A stretch of 63,514 nucleotides of DNA, counting the filler, from Octopus bimaculoides (Eukaryota), in assembly GCF_001194135.2 (NCBI RefSeq). It is 6 parts of 5 records of this genome, joined end to end, with 100 filler letters (N's around TTAATTAATTAA, not from the genome) between each part and the next. Parts side by side here need not be neighbours in the genome. Positions count along the whole stretch, not along the records: positions 51,546 to 59,952 come from NC_068994.1; positions 60,053 to 63,514 come from NC_068984.1; 4 more parts are not named here. One strand, written 5' to 3'. Below, in pieces: positions 59,020-63,514 of the stretch. Under the pieces are notes generated by a model. The model was not told where the DNA came from, ran no database searches, and saw only the letters and a program-made list of their open reading frames with translations. Position 1 is the first letter of the stretch. Each line of letters starts with the position of its first letter. The translations under genes were made by a program, and so were the position numbers.

Positions 59020-59530
59020 TATGAAGAATGGAGACGAGTTATTTAATGTCACGATGGGAAGCTATGATAGTGTAGAAATAGCGGATCTGGTTAGCCTTTA
59101 TATTCTAATGTCCTTAAAGAAGGAATAAAAGAAACTGTTATACGACTATATAGGAACGATGGCCTTGGAGAGGTACATAACAAAAATGGACACGACATGG
59201 ATCAGACAAGGAAAAAATTATGCAAAATATTTAGCCTATTAAATTTAAGAACTCCAATTAACACTAACCTTAAAGACGTTAATTTCCTAGATATTAACAT
59301 GAACCTTTGTACAGGTAAACCCTAATATAAACCAAATGAGATGACTTCATACATTAATACAGGATCCAACCACCCACCGTCAATCATAAAACAATTAGCT
59401 AATAATATTAGCAGGCGCGTTTCCAACCTACTCTCTGATAAGGCTACTGTCGTAAAGGATGTCCCATACTACAACGCAGCATTAGAACGGCCCAACTTTA
59501 AGTGTAACATAAATTATATTGAACCAATTG
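59020..59530 (+). mobile_element. Penelope-like element reverse transcriptase fragment, decayed
   Basis: FNVTMGSYDSVEIADLVSLYIL...LYRNDGL...VNFLDINMNL...YINTGSNHPPSIIKQLANNISRRVS...YYNAAL. Confidence 0.88.
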
Positions 59531-61098
59531 TTAATAGACCAAGAACCCAACCCACCCCTCATCATTCCACTCCAGACAGATTTTGGCCAATTATTTTTTT
59601 GCATTTCAAAACCATGGGAAGAGCCTTTTCAGTAAAAAAAAAAATTTAATTCTTATTTTCAGAGGAAAAAGTGAGTGAATTAAGGGAGGTTTAGTAGTTG
59701 TTTCTAGCACATACCAAGACAACCCTCTTCGTTTCTTTCTCTCTCCCAAATGTATTGATATTCTTCAATATTTTTCTCCCCATAAATACATTTATATGTT
59801 ATAGAAAAAAACCTGGAAAATTATGATTTTTTTTGCATCCCTACTCCCTGCCTCCAATTGTTTTTGTTTATAAATTGAAATATTGGAGAGCTTGAAAATG
59901 GCATTGCTAGCATTTATCCACAGAAGTATGTAAATGATAATTCATTTTAATANNNNNNNNNNNNNNNNNNNNNNNNNNNNNNNNNNNNNNNNNNNNTTAA
60001 TTAATTAANNNNNNNNNNNNNNNNNNNNNNNNNNNNNNNNNNNNNNNNNNNNGAAGTACAAAATGAAGAAAATAATATATAAGACAATAATATATAAAAA
60101 AATAAATATACCCATACATTATATTGTTTTTGAGCTTTTGAAGTTCAATAGTAGTTCATGTATATAGTGGTAGGAAAAATAAGGATGCATGAGAGTTGAG
60201 AGTTTTGTTAGGTTCAGAAAAAGGGTTAAAAGTTCGTGTTCAGCAGGAAATGTGGTGTCAAAACAGGAAGTGTGTGTAAGGGGAGACAACTAAAAACATT
60301 TGTCTCCCCTTACACACACTTCCTGTTTTGACACCACATTTCNNNNNNNNNNNNNNNNNNNNNNNNNNNNNNNNNNNNNNNNNNNNNNNNNNNNNNNNNN
60401 NNNNNNNNNNNNNNNNNNNNNNNNNNNNNNNNNNNNNNNNNNNNNNNNNNNNNNNNNNNNNNNNNNNNNNNNNNNNNNNNNNNNNNNNNNNNNNNNNNNN
60501 NNNNNNNNNNNNNNNNNNNNNNNNNNNNNNNNNNNNNNNNNNNNNNNNNNNNNNNNNNNNNNNNNNNNNNNNNNNNNNNNNNNNNNNNNNNNNNNNNNNN
60601 NNNNNNNNNNNNNNNNNNNNNNNNNNNNNNNNNNNNNNNNNNNNNNNNNNNNNNNNNNNNNNNNNNNNNNNNNNNNNNNNNNNNNNNNNNNNNNNNNNNN
60701 NNNNNNNNNNNNNNNNNNNNNNNNNNNNNNNNNNNNNNNNNNNNNNNNNNNNNNNNNNNNNNNNNNNNNNNNNNNNNNNNNNNNNNNNNNNNNNNNNNNN
60801 NNNNNNNNNNNNNNNNNNNNNNNNNNNNNNNNNNNNNNNNNNNNNNNNNNNNNNNNNNNNNNNNNNNNNNNNNNNNNNNNNNNNNNNNNNNNNNNNNNNN
60901 NNNNNNNNNNNNNNNNNNNNNNNNNNNNNNNNNNNNNNNNNNNNNNNNNNNNNNNNNNNNNNNNNNNNNNNNNNNNNNNNNNNNNNNNNNNNNNNNNNNN
61001 NNNNNNNNNNNNNNNNNNNNNNNNNNNNNNNNNNNNNNNNNNNNNNNNNNNNNNNNNNNNNNNNNNNNNNNNNNNNNNNNNNNNNNNNNNNNNNNNNN

Positions 61099-61132
<34 letters not shown>

Positions 61133-61184
61133 TTATATATATATATATACATACAGAATATATATATGTACGTATGTATATTTG

Positions 61185-61219
<35 letters not shown>

Positions 61220-61374
61220 GCGTGTGCGTGTGTGTGCGTGTGTGTGTGTTCATTTCACTAATGAAAAGATATTCAACAACTGGAAGATTCATGCTTTTAG
61301 TTGGCAATCCTCAACTATTAGCTCACATTGCGTACGATGGTTGTTCTTCTCTGCAGGCCAACAACAGGTTTTGA

Positions 61375-61930
61375 CCAGAAGCAACGTGCCATCATTGAGC
61401 GTTTGATGAAGGAAGGGTGCGAGCTGTCCAACATTAACAGAGGGCTACAGTTGTGTAGGGTGATAGCAGCATCGACAAGAGCAATGTGTAGGGACAGATG
61501 AAATGTAAAGAAAGTAACACTAGCGCTGAAGACAAACCACGCCACTGCGAGACCAACAACTGCGGCAGCTGACAGGAATCGTGGACAGAAGCGTCACAAT
61601 CTGTGAACGTGCTGCACAACTAGACTGTTGTCACAATGTATTACAGAAGGTGGTGGAAGACTGAGAATCGAGAAGTGTATGCAAAGTGGGCATCTGACAT
61701 CCGATCTGCAGAGGAAAGAGTAGAACTTGTTATGATCAGTTGGAAGCGTTTGAAGCTAAAGGAAACAAGTTTTTGCCAATCTGTTGGCCGAAGATGAAAC
61801 GTGGGCGTATCTTTATGATCCGCAAAGTGAGATTTCAGACCATGAAATGGCGTAACCACTCTTGTCCAAGGCCAAAGAAGTTCAAGGGTGAGTGATCGGC
61901 ACAGAAAATCATGGGAACTGTTTTGAGAGG
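61375..61930 (+). mobile_element. Highly decayed mariner transposase (N-terminal HTH region to first catalytic Asp)
   Basis: QKQRAIIERLMKEG, GDSSIDKSNV...EDKPR, EDETWAYLYDP, TMKWRNHSCPRPKKFK...SAQKIMGTVF across frameshifts. Confidence 0.8.
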
Positions 61931-63514
61931 TGATTTATGTCTCTTTCATTGGGGCCAAAAAGGGCTTCCCTGGTGTACAAGACATATAATTGTAAGATGG
62001 TGCTATCACTGGGATGAGGGTGAGCTGAGATAAAGGTGCCGTGGGGACAGTGTCGGGCTGGAGAATTTGTGGAGAAATCAATTTTATAATCATACGTAAT
62101 GGTGAACACATATCGAAGTTGTGTGTGGCAAATCTTATGTTAATTAATTGGATTGTATTGAGAGGTAACAGCAATGTAGGTGGATCTAATACTTATATTT
62201 ATGGCAAGTCGGCCAGTTTGCTGAAGTGTATCTGCCTCATGAGTAAATGAGCAAAATTCGTCAGTTTTACAGAGTGGATAGGGGGCCTGTGAAGAGACTA
62301 TTTCAGGATGATTCTTTTCTCACAGACGATTCTTTTCTCCTACTGCTAAAGAAAGATTTGTGGTTTTCTAGTATCTTTACATTGGACTGTAATGCGCAGC
62401 ATTGTCCTTGAATGCCCATGCATGCCTTACTAGAGTTGTAACATTTCACCTCTCTTGGATATATCTATATCTATCTATATGTTTATGTACGCGTATGTAT
62501 GTGTGCATTTATCTATTTACATATGTATACAGACTATATATANNNNNNNNNNNNNNNNNNNNNNNNNNNNNNNNNNNNNNNNNNNNNNNNNNNNNNNNNN
62601 NNNNNNNNNNNNNNNNNNNNNNNNNNNNNNNNNNNNNNNNNNNNNNNNNNNNNNNNNNNNNNNNNNNNNNNNNNNNNNNNNNNNNNNNNNNNNNNNNNNN
62701 NNNNNNNNNNNNNNNNNNNNNNNNNNNNNNNNNNNNNNNNNNNNNNNNNNNNNNNNNNNNNNNNNNNNNNNNNNNNNNNNNNNNNNNNNNNNNNNNNNNN
62801 NNNNNNNNNNNNNNNNNNNNNNNNNNNNNNNNNNNNNNNNNNNNNNNNNNNNNNNNNNNNNNNNNNNNNNNNNNNNNNNNNNNNNNNNNNNNNNNNNNNN
62901 NNNNNNNNNNNNNNNNNNNNNNNNNNNNNNNNNNNNNNNNNNNNNNNNNNNNNNNNNNNNNNNNNNNNNNNNNNNNNNNNNNNNNNNNNNNNNNNNNNNN
63001 NNNNNNNNNNNNNNNNNNNNNNNNNNNNNNNNNNNNNNNNNNNNNNNNNNNNNNNNNNNNNNNTCATAAGGGTAGTGGAGGATAACTACATGATTGAAAT
63101 ATCCTTAAATAGCTGTTCCTATTGAATGTAGCTGCCTCCCCGACCCAATGCTTACCTAAAGAGACTTCTAGACTTTTGATATAGAAAAATTCTATTGCAG
63201 AGAATACCATTTCTTCATGTTGCATTAAAGAAGTTACTTCGAGTGGAACGTCATTTTCGACGTTCCACTCCGTTGGCTTTTACTGCAGCAGTTTTTTGAG
63301 TCATGAGGTAATATTTTGATATTTCTCTTGTGATTTGGCATTCCAAGGTGTTCCTTTAACTGTCAATACATCTTTCTGTGCGCATGTTAATGCGAAATTG
63401 TATATTACACTATTACAGACACACGTACACAGACACATATATAATGTATTATATATGTGTGTGTGTGTATAAATTTATATATATATTTATACATATATAT
63501 GTATGTGTATATAT

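Noticed and set aside
60247-60342. Perfect 43-bp hairpin with a 10-nt loop (miRNA-like size)
   Set aside because: Zero mismatches and the arm ends exactly at the contig end, typical of a fold-back read artefact; cannot be supported without reads

Overview
AT-rich, microsatellite- and SINE-dense animal genomic DNA; the SINE families and repeat landscape suggest a cephalopod (Octopus-like), which is an inference. The window is a draft scaffold. Five identical N-TTAATTAATTAA-N spacers split it into six blocks (about 1-15126, 15227-20672, 20773-38691, 38792-51445, 51546-59952, 60053-63514), so adjacency across them is unproven. The main gene is DNAJC13/RME-8 on the + strand: 18 coding exons from ATG 22342 to 37936, with GT-AG junctions and consistent phases, encoding the N-terminal 632 codons. 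I found no further exons after the 38736 spacer. Upstream is a candidate 3-exon, 54-aa gene with a signal peptide, a tiny mature peptide and a GPI-signal-like tail (18323-19455); this is the most novel-looking item. The rest is decayed mobile DNA: CR1-like, R4/Dong-like (one TACA-tailed copy, one truncated copy, one internally inverted copy), CRE-like and Penelope-like retroelement fragments, a minimal hammerhead-like motif, mariner copies, several MITE/foldback elements and several tRNA-derived SINE families. CpG decay in SINE copies between about 16.8 and 38 kb suggests a methylated gene-body domain. Most ORFs in the supplied track are microsatellite or N-gap artefacts.
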